Positions 1 to 10,151 of a stretch of DNA of 64,000 nt are shown in pieces. The translations under genes and the position numbers were made by a program. Origin of the DNA: Kiritimatiellia bacterium (lineage in GTDB: Bacteria; Verrucomicrobiota; Kiritimatiellia; JAFGHX01). The notes beneath the pieces were generated by a model that saw only the letters and a list, made by a program, of their open reading frames with translations, was not told the origin of the DNA and did no database searches. The DNA is taken from contig JAFGHX010000175.1 in NCBI GenBank assembly GCA_016929905.1, positions 15,358-79,357 on the forward strand. Reading direction: 5' to 3'. Every line of letters starts with the position of its first letter. The stretch's first letter is position 1.

Positions 1-125
1 AGGCTGTATTGCTACGCCTCGAGAACGTCATATCGCATCGTACTTAAAGAATACTCTGGAAATCAATAAACGCGGTTGCTACTATTTTGTGTGAGGTTGC
101 TTATTCAGAGTGAGGGGATGTCGAG

Positions 126-854
126 GTGAATGCGCCCTTTCATGTGGGGTACCTGCGGGTGAACCCCGGCTGGCGGGCCGGCCTGGGGTTCCATCGGCAT
201 CAACATGTCGAAGCGATGGTCGTAGTGCGCGGGCGGCTGCGCGTCGCGCTGGAAGACTCCGAGGTGGTAGCCGAGGGTGGCGACGGGCTATGCTACGCGC
301 CCGGCCTGGCGCATGAAGAGCACGCCGAAGGCAGGCCCTGTACCGAGTTTGTCTTTTTCAAGGGCGAGGTGGAGACAGGCACGCTGCGTTCGCCGCTCGT
401 CAAGAGCGGCAACACGCGCATGCGCACGCTGGCAAGGTGGCTGATCGAAGAGCGAAATACGCACGACCACGGCCGGGAACGCCGGATGCGCACGCTGGCG
501 CGGGCCGTGCTCCACGAGATGGCGAGACAGTCGGCCGGCACCCAGGCTTCGCCGATCCAGCGCGTGCGGGAGTACATGCGCACCCGCCTCAAGGAGCCAC
601 ATGCGTTGGAGGATCTGGCGCGGCTGGCCGGCATGAGCAAGTACCATTTCGTCCGCACCTACAAGCGCATGACGGGAATGCCCCCGATGGCCGATTTGCA
701 GCGGATCCGCATCGAGGCCGCCTGCGACCGCCTGCTGACGACCCAATTGCCGTTGAAGACGGTCGCCGAGCAGACAGGTTTCTGCGACGTGTACTACTTC
801 TCTCGTGTCTTCAAAGCCCGCTACGGCGTGCCGCCGGGCACATTCCGCCGCTGA
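126..854 (+). CDS. AraC family transcriptional regulator (cupin + HTH)
   Basis: N-terminal cupin FHRHQHVE...HEE; C-terminal LEDLARLAGMSKYHFVRTYK and VAEQTGFCDVYYFSRVFK. Confidence 0.93.
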   Translation: MNAPFHVGYLRVNPGWRAGLGFHRHQHVEAMVVVRGRLRVALEDSEVVAEGGDGLCYAPGLAHEEHAEGRPCTEFVFFKGEVETGTLRSPLVKSGNTRMRTLARWLIEERNTHDHGRERRMRTLARAVLHEMARQSAGTQASPIQRVREYMRTRLKEPHALEDLARLAGMSKYHFVRTYKRMTGMPPMADLQRIRIEAACDRLLTTQLPLKTVAEQTGFCDVYYFSRVFKARYGVPPGTFRR

Positions 855-1021
855 ACCGGCACCGTCCCCTTCCTCATCCCGCAGAGCCGGCGCGATGCCG
901 GACTGTCAAGTCCTCCTTCGCAGACCTGAAGGACTTTTCGGTTGCAGCGCCCGTGTGGAACCCTATACTTGCCCCTCGTCTCGCGGATTGCACAGGCACG
1001 GTGGCGCAGAGAGAAGAGAAA

Positions 1022-3496
1022 ATGAACAACGCGATCACGATACACCTCGTTCCCAACGCCCACATCGACCCCGTCTGGCTCTGGGACTGGCGTGAAGGCC
1101 TGAACGAAGGGATCGCCACCTGTCGCGCCGTGCTGGACCTGATGGACGAATTCCCGGCGCTCACGTTCGTCCGCGGTGAAGCGGCCATCTACCTGCATAT
1201 CCGGAAGTATGACCCGCCCACATTCCGTCGCATCGCGCGCCGCGTGAAGGAAGGACGCTGGGATGTCGTGGGCGGTACCCTTATCCAGCCGGACACCAAT
1301 TTGCCGGCGACCGAGACGTTCATCCGGCAATTCCTGCGAGGCGTCCGCTATTTCAAGAGTACCTTCAACCTTCGCGTTCGTACCGCGTGGGCGGCCGACT
1401 CCTTCGGGCACAGCGCCGGGCTGCCGGATGTGTTTGCCGCTGCCGGCATCGAGAACTACGCGTTCACCCGGCCCAGCCACAGCCAGCTCCGGCTCCCCGG
1501 GCCGGCCTTCTGGTGGCAGGGCGAGGGCGGGGGCCGTATCCTCGCCTACCGGCCTCCCATCGGGGCCTATCTCGCGGAACGCGGCGACATGATCCGGCGG
1601 CTGGATCGCGCCCTGCAATATGCCCAGACCTGTACGCTCAGGAACATCGGTGTGTTCATCGGGCTCGGCAACCACGGCGGCGGCCCCTCCCGCCGCCACA
1701 TCCTCGATGCCCAGCGCTGGTCGGAAGCGCATCCCGGGGTGAACGTCGTGTTTTCGACGCTCCATCGTCTCTTTGCCGCGATACGGCGCGAGACAAGCGG
1801 CCGGAATCCGACTGTTCTTCCCGTCCACACAGGCGAGTTGAACTACTGCTTCCGGGGTTGTTACGCTTCGGCGGCGAGCCTGAAGTTCGCCTTTCGCCGG
1901 GCCGAATCCGCGCTCGTACGCGCCGAAACCACCGATACGGCGCTCTCTGCGTTCATGAAGACCGCGCCAGCCGATCTGCTGGCCGCCTGGGACGGCGTGC
2001 TGTTCAACGCGTTCCACGACATTCTGCCCGGCACCAGCATCGAACGCGCCTGCGACGAGCAAGCCGCATGGCTCGGCCACGTGATTCACGAGTCGATCGC
2101 CGCGGAGGGAAATGCCCTCAACCGCCTCGCCGCCCGCGTGGATACCACCGTCAAGCCGGCGAAAGGCGACTTCCCAACCGCCGTTGCCCTGCTGATCTGG
2201 AACCCGCACCCGCACGCGTTCGAAGGCCATGTGGAAATGGAGGCGTGCCTGGATACCCGGCCGATCAGCGCCTATACGAATCGGCCGCACGAACTCCCCG
2301 TCGATGTGCGCGACGCGAACGGAAGGGCGGTCCCCTTCCAGGAGGTCCCCTCCGAACAGGCGGCCCTGGACCGGCTCGCCTGGCGCAAGCGGGTCGCCGT
2401 GCCCGTGAAGCTGCCGCCGCTCGGCTGGTCGGTCTTCACCATGCAATACGTCGAGAAGGACAAGGCGCTGCCCGCCGCGCCGTCCCAACCAACAGCCCGC
2501 TCGATTCGAAACGAATGCCTGGAAGTCAAAGCGGACCCGAGAGGCAAGAGCATCGCGGTGCGGCTGGCCGACGGCCGGCCTCTGACACGGATCGCCGCGA
2601 TCACCGTGGACGATCCGTGGGGATCCTGGGGCGCCCCCCGAGAACCGGAAGGGAGCGATCTGTCCGTCGTGAAACGGACCTGGCGGATCTCCAAAGTGGA
2701 AGTCCTGGAGCAGGGCGCCCAAAAGGCCGTGCTCGGCGTGAAGATGAGCGGCGGCCGCTCGGCGCTGGATCTGCGCCTGACCCTTTGGCACGGAACGCCG
2801 ACGCTGCACGTCTCGGCGCGCGTCCTGTGGAACGAGAAGGACGCCCGCCTGAAACTCGTGCTCGCGAATGCGGGTGATAAGGCCGAGTACGAGATCCCTG
2901 GCGGGACGATCGTTCGCGCGCCGGCCGGCGAGGTACCGGGCGGACGATGGGCCGCCGCCGCGCACTTCGGCTTCGCCAGCGATGCGCTCTACGCGTTCGA
3001 CCTGAAGGGCAAAGCGCTCCGCACCACGATATGCCGGGCCTCGCGCTACTGTTATGACCCCTCGGCGGAGCCCAGGAAGAAACGGTGGCTGCCGATCCTT
3101 GACCGCGGCGAGCTGAAGTTCCGCTGCCTGCTGACAACGGATCTCCAAAACCTGCCGCGCCTGGCCGCGGAACTCGAAAGACCGCCGGTCGTACTGGCTG
3201 TCCCCCCGTCGCCCGGGTCGCTGCCGCGCCGCGGCACGCTGATGGCCCTGCACCCGGACTCGCTGGACATGCTGGCCCTCAAGCCCCCGGCCGCGGGCCG
3301 CGGAATTGTGCTCCGGGCAAGAGCCCGGCGGGAATGCCGCGGAACCCTCACGTGGCTCGGCAAGAAGATCGATCTCGGCCGCCTGGGCAAGGCAGAGATC
3401 GCGACCTGGCAAGTCACGCGAAACGGAAAGGCTGTCCGCCTGAATGCCGTGGAAGAACGCGCGTCAGTCGTCCCCGCGAAAGGCGCTGAAGAATGA
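1022..3496 (+). CDS. GH38 alpha-mannosidase-like glycoside hydrolase
   Basis: HLVPNAHIDPVWLWDW Zn motif, WAADSFGHS nucleophile, FHDILPGTSI; start reassigned to ATG 1022 inside ORF 437..3496. Confidence 0.92.
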   Translation: MNNAITIHLVPNAHIDPVWLWDWREGLNEGIATCRAVLDLMDEFPALTFVRGEAAIYLHIRKYDPPTFRRIARRVKEGRWDVVGGTLIQPDTNLPATETFIRQFLRGVRYFKSTFNLRVRTAWAADSFGHSAGLPDVFAAAGIENYAFTRPSHSQLRLPGPAFWWQGEGGGRILAYRPPIGAYLAERGDMIRRLDRALQYAQTCTLRNIGVFIGLGNHGGGPSRRHILDAQRWSEAHPGVNVVFSTLHRLFAAIRRETSGRNPTVLPVHTGELNYCFRGCYASAASLKFAFRRAESALVRAETTDTALSAFMKTAPADLLAAWDGVLFNAFHDILPGTSIERACDEQAAWLGHVIHESIAAEGNALNRLAARVDTTVKPAKGDFPTAVALLIWNPHPHAFEGHVEMEACLDTRPISAYTNRPHELPVDVRDANGRAVPFQEVPSEQAALDRLAWRKRVAVPVKLPPLGWSVFTMQYVEKDKALPAAPSQPTARSIRNECLEVKADPRGKSIAVRLADGRPLTRIAAITVDDPWGSWGAPREPEGSDLSVVKRTWRISKVEVLEQGAQKAVLGVKMSGGRSALDLRLTLWHGTPTLHVSARVLWNEKDARLKLVLANAGDKAEYEIPGGTIVRAPAGEVPGGRWAAAAHFGFASDALYAFDLKGKALRTTICRASRYCYDPSAEPRKKRWLPILDRGELKFRCLLTTDLQNLPRLAAELERPPVVLAVPPSPGSLPRRGTLMALHPDSLDMLALKPPAAGRGIVLRARARRECRGTLTWLGKKIDLGRLGKAEIATWQVTRNGKAVRLNAVEERASVVPAKGAEE

Positions 3497-4590
3497 GCGA
3501 GCTGTATCCGCTGCGCTTCAAGGAAATCCTCAGAGCCTACCCCTTCGGCAATCGATGGATCGTCCGTACGTTCCATAAGGAAGGGCTCCCGGCAGACCAT
3601 CCCATCTCCGAAACCTGGGAGGTCTGCGACCGGCCCGGAGAGTCGAGCCTCATCCTGAACGGCCCGCTCAAAGGCTTGTCGCTGGCTGAGGTGAGCCGGC
3701 AGTTCAAGGAGGAACTGCTGGGCAACGAGATCGTCAGGCGATGCCGGCTGCGCTTTCCACTGCTCGTCAAGTTCCTGGACGCGTCCCACGAGCTCGGCGA
3801 ACAGGCCCATCAGGATGATGGATTGGCGAAGAGAAGGAACCTGCCGGATACCGGCAAGACAGAAGCGTGGTACATGATCCGGACCACGCCGGACGCCACC
3901 GCGGAAATCGGCAACAAAGACGGCGTCACGGGCAAGGACGTCGTGGCCGCCGTCCTCGCCGGGACTGCCGCCTCGCTCATGAATACGCGTCCGATTTCCG
4001 AGAAAGACGCCTTCCTGCTCTACGCCGGCGTCATGCACCACACATACGGGGGCGCCTTGTTCTACGAAATCATGCAGAACTCGGATGTGGTCATCGACCT
4101 GCGAAAAGCGGACGGGACCATGACCGACACGGAAGCCCGGAAACGCGCCGAGGAAGCGGCCGAAGGCGTGTATCTGGAAGAGGGTGCCGACTACAGAATC
4201 GAGCCGGTCGTCATTTCAGACGGCGAACACCGGCACGCCTACCTGCTGGCGTGTGAGTACTTCGCGCTGGAACGAATCGACATCCACACGCCCTACCGCC
4301 TCACGCGCGACGGAGACAGGTTCCACATCCTGACGCAGATCGCGGGTGCGTCCGAAATCGCGGCGAACGGCGCCGCTGTGGCCTTGCCCCTGGGGACGAG
4401 TTGCCTGCTGCCGGCAGCCGTGGGGGACGCCGTGATCACGCCGAAAGAAGACGCCTCTGTGTTGATTGCCTACGTGCCCGACCTGCTGAAGAACGTCATC
4501 CATCCGCTGCGTAACGCAGGCGTTCCCGACAGAACGATCGAGAAGCTGGGCGGCACGACCCGGCTGAATCACCTTTCGCGATATCTATGA
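3493..4590 (+). CDS. manA: Type I mannose-6-phosphate isomerase-like cupin
   Basis: ISETWEV, FPLLVKFLDA, EQAH, GKTEAWY, EIMQNSD; ATGA overlap with GH38. Confidence 0.8.
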   Translation: MSELYPLRFKEILRAYPFGNRWIVRTFHKEGLPADHPISETWEVCDRPGESSLILNGPLKGLSLAEVSRQFKEELLGNEIVRRCRLRFPLLVKFLDASHELGEQAHQDDGLAKRRNLPDTGKTEAWYMIRTTPDATAEIGNKDGVTGKDVVAAVLAGTAASLMNTRPISEKDAFLLYAGVMHHTYGGALFYEIMQNSDVVIDLRKADGTMTDTEARKRAEEAAEGVYLEEGADYRIEPVVISDGEHRHAYLLACEYFALERIDIHTPYRLTRDGDRFHILTQIAGASEIAANGAAVALPLGTSCLLPAAVGDAVITPKEDASVLIAYVPDLLKNVIHPLRNAGVPDRTIEKLGGTTRLNHLSRYL

Positions 4591-5456
4591 CGATCGCGCA
4601 AGAGTGCGGACCGAGACTTCAGGTGCCGGTCGTAGACGGCCTGGCGTCTGTAGCCCCAGCCCATCCAGCCGAGCGGCTTGTCGTGGTATTGCGGGCCGAT
4701 CGCGCCGACCGGGAGGTCCACCACCCGCACGCCCGGCTGATCGTCCATCTGGCAGAAGACATCGCCCATGGGGCCGACGGCAAAGCTGCCGCCGTTGAAT
4801 CGTCCCGCGTGGTTGACGACCACGATGAAGACCTCGTTCTCGGCGGCGCGGACCCGGGTGATCATCTCGTTGTCGGCACGGTTCTCGGTGTTGTCCATGC
4901 GCCAGGTGTTGGTCGCCAGCGGACAGGCGACGAGCTCGGCCCCCAGACTGCGCAGACAACGCACCGATTCCGGCACCTCGCGATCAAAGCAGATCATGAG
5001 CCCCACCCGGGAGGTATGCCCGCCGTGCGGCACCTCGCACACGGTGAACCCGTCGCCCGGCGTGAACAGGCCGTCGCCCGTGACGGCCTCGAAATGCCGG
5101 CAGTGGACCTTGCGGTAAACGGCGGCGATGTCGCCCTCCCGCTGAATCAGCACGGCGCTATTGTGAAACGTATCATCCGCCGCCTTCTCCGCGAACCCGA
5201 ACACAACAGCCAGCTTCAGCTCCGCGGCCTTGTCGCGGATCCGTCGGACGGCCGGCCCGTCGAGCGGCTCGGCCGCCGTCCGTATCCGCTCCAGGAACCC
5301 GTCGCAACGACGCGCGTACCCGTGCAGCACGCACTCGGGGGTGATGGCGAGTTCCGCGCCCTGCTCGCCTGCCCGTTCGAGCGCCGCCAGCGTGCGCGCC
5401 AGGTTCTCCGCACACGCCCACTCATCGGTGTACACCTGACACAACGCCACTCGCAT
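4569..5456 (-). CDS. Carbon-nitrogen hydrolase (nitrilase superfamily)
   Basis: E-K-C triad: TPECVLHGY, YRKVH, MICFDRE; likely start MRVALCQ (ORF track start 5483). Confidence 0.9.
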   Translation of the reverse strand: MRVALCQVYTDEWACAENLARTLAALERAGEQGAELAITPECVLHGYARRCDGFLERIRTAAEPLDGPAVRRIRDKAAELKLAVVFGFAEKAADDTFHNSAVLIQREGDIAAVYRKVHCRHFEAVTGDGLFTPGDGFTVCEVPHGGHTSRVGLMICFDREVPESVRCLRSLGAELVACPLATNTWRMDNTENRADNEMITRVRAAENEVFIVVVNHAGRFNGGSFAVGPMGDVFCQMDDQPGVRVVDLPVGAIGPQYHDKPLGWMGWGYRRQAVYDRHLKSRSALLRDRHRYRER

Positions 5457-5676
5457 CGATGCCGAATCGGGAGGATACTCCATTCAGACCCCCTTCCCCA
5501 GCATGGGGCCAGATGACGCGCCCCCTCTTTTATACCTCGATCCACGGTTATGCAAGCGTATCGTACCGAAAACCTGAACAAGAAAAGATGTCGCGATTCA
5601 GAGAAGGATTGTATAATGCGGACGATCGCGACCCGCTCAAGAGCACAGCCCCACCTCACACAGGAGGAACCGCGGC

Positions 5677-6405
5677 ATGCAGATCCAAGACGTCGACGTC
5701 ACCTATCTCTCCCACGTCTGCTTCCGGTTCAAGAGCCCGCGGGGCAAGACCCTGATCACCGACCCCATGTACGCCCCGGAATTCCCGTGGGAAGGCCACA
5801 TCGAGAAGTATCTCTCGCCACCGGCCGTTCCGGTCGCAGACATCCGCGCCTGCGACGCCGTCTTCGTCTCGCATATCCACGGCGACCACTTCGACCCGGA
5901 CGCCGTGCTGACGATCCAGAAGAACACCGGCGCCAAGGTCATCGCGCCGCCGGACGTTCTCGACAAACTCCGCGCCAAAGGCGCCGACAAGGCGCTCTTG
6001 TTCCAGGCGACCGACGGCGCCGCCTTCGCGTTCGGCGACCTGCGCGTCCGCACGTTCGGCGGCTATGACAACTCGTTCGACGAGCACCGCCGCTGCAACA
6101 AGTTCGCCATCCTGATCGATGTGGGGCACACCAGCCTCTTCTACAGCGGCGACTGCCACGAACTGCCGCCGGGCGTACGCGGCACCGAGGTGGACGCCCT
6201 GTTCTCCTGGCCGCAGAACACGCCGGAACTGCACAGAGCGTTCTGCGCCGACATCAAGGCGAAACGGTTCGTCATCATGCATTGCGACCGCTTCGCGCCG
6301 GGCGACTTCCTCTGTAACATGGACCCGGAAGACCAGAAACGGCGCCTGGACGGACTCGTGCCGGGGCTGGAGATCGTGGTGCCGGTCAGGGCGGAGACAC
6401 TGTAA
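5677..6405 (+). CDS. MBL-fold metallo-hydrolase (UlaG/lactamase_B_3-like)
   Basis: LITDP, SHIHGDHFD, FYSGD, IMH; AGGAGG RBS. Confidence 0.9.
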   Translation: MQIQDVDVTYLSHVCFRFKSPRGKTLITDPMYAPEFPWEGHIEKYLSPPAVPVADIRACDAVFVSHIHGDHFDPDAVLTIQKNTGAKVIAPPDVLDKLRAKGADKALLFQATDGAAFAFGDLRVRTFGGYDNSFDEHRRCNKFAILIDVGHTSLFYSGDCHELPPGVRGTEVDALFSWPQNTPELHRAFCADIKAKRFVIMHCDRFAPGDFLCNMDPEDQKRRLDGLVPGLEIVVPVRAETL

Positions 6406-6427
6406 AGTGGGCATTGCCCGCAAGGTT

Positions 6428-6522
6428 GGCAGGGCACGCTTCACCGACGCTGTCCGCCATAGCGCCTGCGCGACGGCGGAAGCGCCGCCCCGGGCCTCGG
6501 CTTCGGTGAAGCCGGGCCTACC
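6428..6522. repeat. REP/REPIN-like imperfect inverted repeat
   Basis: GGCAGGGCACGCTTCACCGA (6428-6447) vs TCGGTGAAGCCGGGCCTACC (6503-6522), with internal TCCGCC...GGCGGA hairpin. Confidence 0.5.
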
Positions 6523-6537
6523 CGGATGGAGAAGACA

Positions 6538-7977
6538 ATGAGCCACATCCGCATCAAGGCCGTCATGCTCGATATGGCGCGGTGCACCGAAAAGCACCGC
6601 TATTACCACGACCTGGTGCCCCGGCTTGCCGCGTGGGGCTACAACACCATCTTCGCACACTTCACCGACGACGAAGGCTGTGCCATGCGGTTCGATTCGC
6701 ACCCGCGGCTGGCAAGTCCGCATGCGTTCACCAAGCGCGACATGCGGCGCTGGGTGTCAAGCGCAGCGGCTCACGGCGTCACCGTCATCCCCGAACTCGA
6801 GTCGTTCGGCCACACCGTCTACATTCACGGACTCAAAGCGTACAGGCACCTGCGCGAGCCGACCGTCGGCCACTTCAACGCCATCAACCCGCTGCACCGC
6901 GAGACGCGCCGTATCATGCGCCATCTGGTGCGCGAAACCGCCGAAGTGTTCGACGCACCCTACATCCATATGGGGCTCGACGAAGTGAATTTCGGGGCCA
7001 GCCCGCAGGTCCGGCGCGCGCGGCGCTCGAAGGAGAAGTGGCATATCTTTGCCGACTACATCTGCGCCATGCGTGCCGAGACCGAAGCAGCCGGCAGGCG
7101 CATGATGATATGGGGCGATCACCTGCTCAAGACCCCGGAAATCGCCGGTGCGGTGCCAAAGGACATCGTGATCTGTGATTGGCATTACCAGGTGAACGTC
7201 GGGCCTGATACCGTCGAGTTCTTCACGGAACGCGGGTTCGAGGTCGTCTGTTGCCCCGCCACCAGCCGATCGGGCGATCTGCTCCTGCCCGCGGCACTGA
7301 CCCAGACCAACCTGCAGCGGTTCTCCCGCATCGCGTATGCCGGCGGCCGGCGCGTGATCGGGTTGATGAATACCGTCTGGTATCCGCAACGGATGCTGTG
7401 CGGGATCGAACAGTTCGCGCTCGCGCTGGGCGGCGCGTGGTTCAACCAGCCCGAGACCGACCCGCGCGACACCCTTCGCGCGTTTGTACGCAGGCAGTAC
7501 GGGCTACGCCGCGGCGCGGCTGTGGCCGACGCGGTTCTCGAGCTGTCACGCTTGATGCCCAGCCGCGACACGTTGTTCTCGCTCCTGGACACAGGCAGCC
7601 AGCCCGCAGGACCGTTGACGGCTTGCGAGCTGGCAGGGGCCGAGGCGATGGGTGCAGAGGCGCGCCGCCTGCGGACGCTGTTCTGCCGGGCGCGGACGTG
7701 TATCCAGCAGAATCACGCCGAGTACGAGAACTATGCGCTGGCCTGCGCAATCCTGGAATGGGCCGTTGCGGTTGGCACCGCACGAACGAACGGGGCCGGC
7801 AAGACCACGCACCGGTCGCTCTCCAGACAGGGCCACGCCCTGCTCTCCCGCTGCAAGGCCGATTGGCAACGCGGCCGGTATCTCGATGACGGCAAGTGGG
7901 CCCTGCGCAATCAGCCCGCCCGATGCCGAAATGCGCTCATCGCCAGCCTCGAACTCGCCCTCGAACGCCTGGCGTGA
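6538..7977 (+). CDS. GH20 family glycoside hydrolase (beta-hexosaminidase-like)
   Basis: VMLDMAR, IPELESFGH, IHMGLDEV catalytic DE, IWGDHL; no signal peptide; alternative start 6526. Confidence 0.87.
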   Translation: MSHIRIKAVMLDMARCTEKHRYYHDLVPRLAAWGYNTIFAHFTDDEGCAMRFDSHPRLASPHAFTKRDMRRWVSSAAAHGVTVIPELESFGHTVYIHGLKAYRHLREPTVGHFNAINPLHRETRRIMRHLVRETAEVFDAPYIHMGLDEVNFGASPQVRRARRSKEKWHIFADYICAMRAETEAAGRRMMIWGDHLLKTPEIAGAVPKDIVICDWHYQVNVGPDTVEFFTERGFEVVCCPATSRSGDLLLPAALTQTNLQRFSRIAYAGGRRVIGLMNTVWYPQRMLCGIEQFALALGGAWFNQPETDPRDTLRAFVRRQYGLRRGAAVADAVLELSRLMPSRDTLFSLLDTGSQPAGPLTACELAGAEAMGAEARRLRTLFCRARTCIQQNHAEYENYALACAILEWAVAVGTARTNGAGKTTHRSLSRQGHALLSRCKADWQRGRYLDDGKWALRNQPARCRNALIASLELALERLA

Positions 7978-8008
7978 CGGGTGGTCCTTCTCCCCTCTGA
8001 AGGCGCGC

Positions 8009-8096
8009 GTTGCGGGAATCGAGGATTGCCGCGAGGCGACCACACCCGATTACCCTTGAAACGTCGCCTCGTGGCAATCCTTTCGATTCCCGTAAC
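8009..8096 (+). repeat. Long imperfect inverted repeat (about 32-bp stem) between convergent genes
   Basis: GTTGCGGGAATCGAGGATTGCCGCGAGGCGAC (8009-8040) pairs with GTCGCCTCGTGGCAATCCTTTCGATTCCCGTAAC (8063-8096). Confidence 0.8.
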
Positions 8097-8271
8097 AACC
8101 GTTGGCTGTCCGGGCACCCGCAGCGCATACCGACCAGCCCTCTGCGGCCTCAGCGAGCTCGAGCGAGTCTCCGACCCGACTTCGCTCGGATAGCCTCGTC
8201 GGGCACAGGCGGGCGAGAGATTCCTCTGCCTTTCGCGTTTCTTTCGCGAGCTTTCGCGGGCCAACCTCCAG

Positions 8272-9162
8272 CTACGCCGGGGCGGCCACGTCGGCTTCCA
8301 GCTTCTCGAAGAAAATCGCCCACGTCCCGGCCGGGTCGATGTCGAACACGCGCCGCATCTGCCCGTGCGGCCGCTTCGGGTCAAACTCCAAATGCGGCCG
8401 CAGTTCCGGCGCCGGAATCACCTCCTCCTCGCAGACGCCGGGATCGATCAGCCAGGCGATGTCACCCACGTCGTAAAACCCCTTGTCCGGCGACATAAAG
8501 TGCGGACGCTTCCGCCGGTATTCGTGCAGGAACGTGCCCAATGCACCCAACGGCGCAAGCCGGCGCTCCGTCTCCTCAAACGGAATCCGCAACGCCGTGC
8601 CCGTGTCGAACCACACCAGCGGCACATCGATCTGGAGTAACGTCCGCGCCGCCAGCACGTCGTTCGCCACGTTGAACTGCGTCGTGCGCGCCGGCCAGTT
8701 CATCTCGTTGCGCGCGTGAAACACGTACCGAACCCGCGGCGCAATCTCCGGCGCCTTCAGAATCGCCGCCGCCAGATTCGTCGCCGCACCCAGACACACC
8801 ACCCACAGGGGATCCGCAGGGCTGCCCACCAAAGCCCGCTCTATGATGAAGTCAGCGCCTTCGCTTTCGCTCGGGACGCCCGCGTACTGCATCGGGTCGC
8901 CACCGCGTTTGACGGGATAGACCCCGGCTTCCCCGGCGAGCCGCAACTCCTCCAGCAGCAGCGCGTACGATTCCTCCGTGCTGCCCGGCTTGTGGGAAAA
9001 ATGCGTCGCCACAAAGCCCTCGAGCCGGAACCGGTCGGGCGCACGCAGCGCCAGCGCCACGGCGTAGAGATCGTCGATCTCATTCGCCGCGTCCGTATCC
9101 ACCAACAACCGCAGCCTCCGTCCCGCCGCCGGCACATCCGGCACACATCGCTCCGCCTGCAT
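8272..9162 (-). CDS. Nucleoside hydrolase (IU-NH family)
   Basis: LVDTDAANEIDDLYA Asp cluster, LGAATNLA, QFNVAND; GGAGGTGA RBS. Confidence 0.85.
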   Translation of the reverse strand: MQAERCVPDVPAAGRRLRLLVDTDAANEIDDLYAVALALRAPDRFRLEGFVATHFSHKPGSTEESYALLLEELRLAGEAGVYPVKRGGDPMQYAGVPSESEGADFIIERALVGSPADPLWVVCLGAATNLAAAILKAPEIAPRVRYVFHARNEMNWPARTTQFNVANDVLAARTLLQIDVPLVWFDTGTALRIPFEETERRLAPLGALGTFLHEYRRKRPHFMSPDKGFYDVGDIAWLIDPGVCEEEVIPAPELRPHLEFDPKRPHGQMRRVFDIDPAGTWAIFFEKLEADVAAPA

Positions 9163-9335
9163 CGTTCACCTCCGTCCTCCGCGTACGTCAAACGCCGTCC
9201 CCTGTCGGCAAATTCTCAGCATAAAACTTTTCCACTCGATAGAAGTATTCACCATTGTTTGCGCCTCTTCAATAGGCTATTGTCCTCGAAGAACAGCATA
9301 AAACAACCGCTTTGCACAGAGATTGGAGGCGAGGG

Positions 9336-10094
9336 ATGCCAGAGGCGAGGCTGCCAAGACTCGTTGGGATGGGCAGTCGGGAGGACGCGCGCAGCGTGCG
9401 TTTTCATCGGCATCCCGGAGTCGAGTTGATCTACGTGAACAAAGGCCTGTGCCGGACGCGCATCCAGGGGAGCGAGGAGGTCTTGGAGGGCCGGCCGGGC
9501 TGGCTGTACGTGATTCCGGCGGGTGCCCTGCACGACCAGCGCCGGATGACGGTAAGCCGGACGACCTATCTGGTGCTGGATACGGCACAGGTGCGGATCC
9601 AAGCCTGGCCCCGGTTGCTCTATCTGGGCCCGGAGAGCCACGAGGCCCGCTGGTTGTGCGACGTCTACGAACTCGCCCGCACGGCCCCTGCCTCGGATGA
9701 CATGGCGGGCGGGTTGCTTCTGGCATTGTTGCGCAGGCTCGAGACGCGCATCGAGCAGCGCGACGACGCGCCTCGCGTTCCGCAACCTGTGGCGACGGCG
9801 ATTTCTCTTGTGCGCGACAACATCGACTCGGAACTGACGGTCGCGCAGGTGGGCAAGGCCGGGGGTCTTTCGGCGAGTCGCATGGCGGCTCTCTTCAAGC
9901 AGCATTGCGGCTGCGGGATCATTGCCTATCAGCAGCAGCTCCGCCTCGATCGCGCGCGGCGCCTGTTGCAGGACCCCTACCTGCGCGTTTCAGAGGTGGC
10001 GCGCGCCTGTGGATACGCAGACGTGAACTACTTCATCCGGCTCTTCCGCCAGCGGCACGGTGCGGCGCCGAACAGGTGGCGCAAACGGCACTAG
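9336..10094 (+). CDS. AraC family transcriptional regulator
   Basis: FHRHPGVELIYV cupin; VARACGYADVNYFIRLFRQ; divergent from the nucleoside hydrolase. Confidence 0.92.
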   Translation: MPEARLPRLVGMGSREDARSVRFHRHPGVELIYVNKGLCRTRIQGSEEVLEGRPGWLYVIPAGALHDQRRMTVSRTTYLVLDTAQVRIQAWPRLLYLGPESHEARWLCDVYELARTAPASDDMAGGLLLALLRRLETRIEQRDDAPRVPQPVATAISLVRDNIDSELTVAQVGKAGGLSASRMAALFKQHCGCGIIAYQQQLRLDRARRLLQDPYLRVSEVARACGYADVNYFIRLFRQRHGAAPNRWRKRH

Positions 10095-10150
10095 CCGTGC
10101 CGCCGCGCGGCACGGCTGATGCGTTTGATGGTGCAGGCAGGAATGCCTGC
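10093..10150. terminator. Two GC-rich hairpins between convergent genes
   Basis: AGCCGTGCCG/CGGCACGGCT (10093-10117) and GCAGGCA-GGAA-TGCCTGC (10133-10150); no U-tract. Confidence 0.45.
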
Positions 10151-10151
10151 G

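Noticed and set aside
1-125. Possible divergent gene start near base 31
   Set aside because: Too little sequence at the window edge to support a call
437-1021. 195-aa N-terminal extension of GH38 in the ORF track
   Set aside because: Overlaps the AraC gene out of frame; family homology starts at ATG 1022
821-3412. Long antisense ORFs (also 17338-19206, 38849-41026, 48615-50579, 52251-54206, 54807-57098)
   Set aside because: They mirror well-supported sense genes, carry no motifs and are expected from GC3 bias
8041-8096. TTGAAAC next to GTCGCCTC resembles CRISPR repeat ends
   Set aside because: No repeated unit with spacers and no cas genes; it is part of a single hairpin
8009-8096. Possible integron attC site
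   Set aside because: Ends run GTT...AAC rather than RYYYAAC...GTTRRRY; no integrase or cassette array
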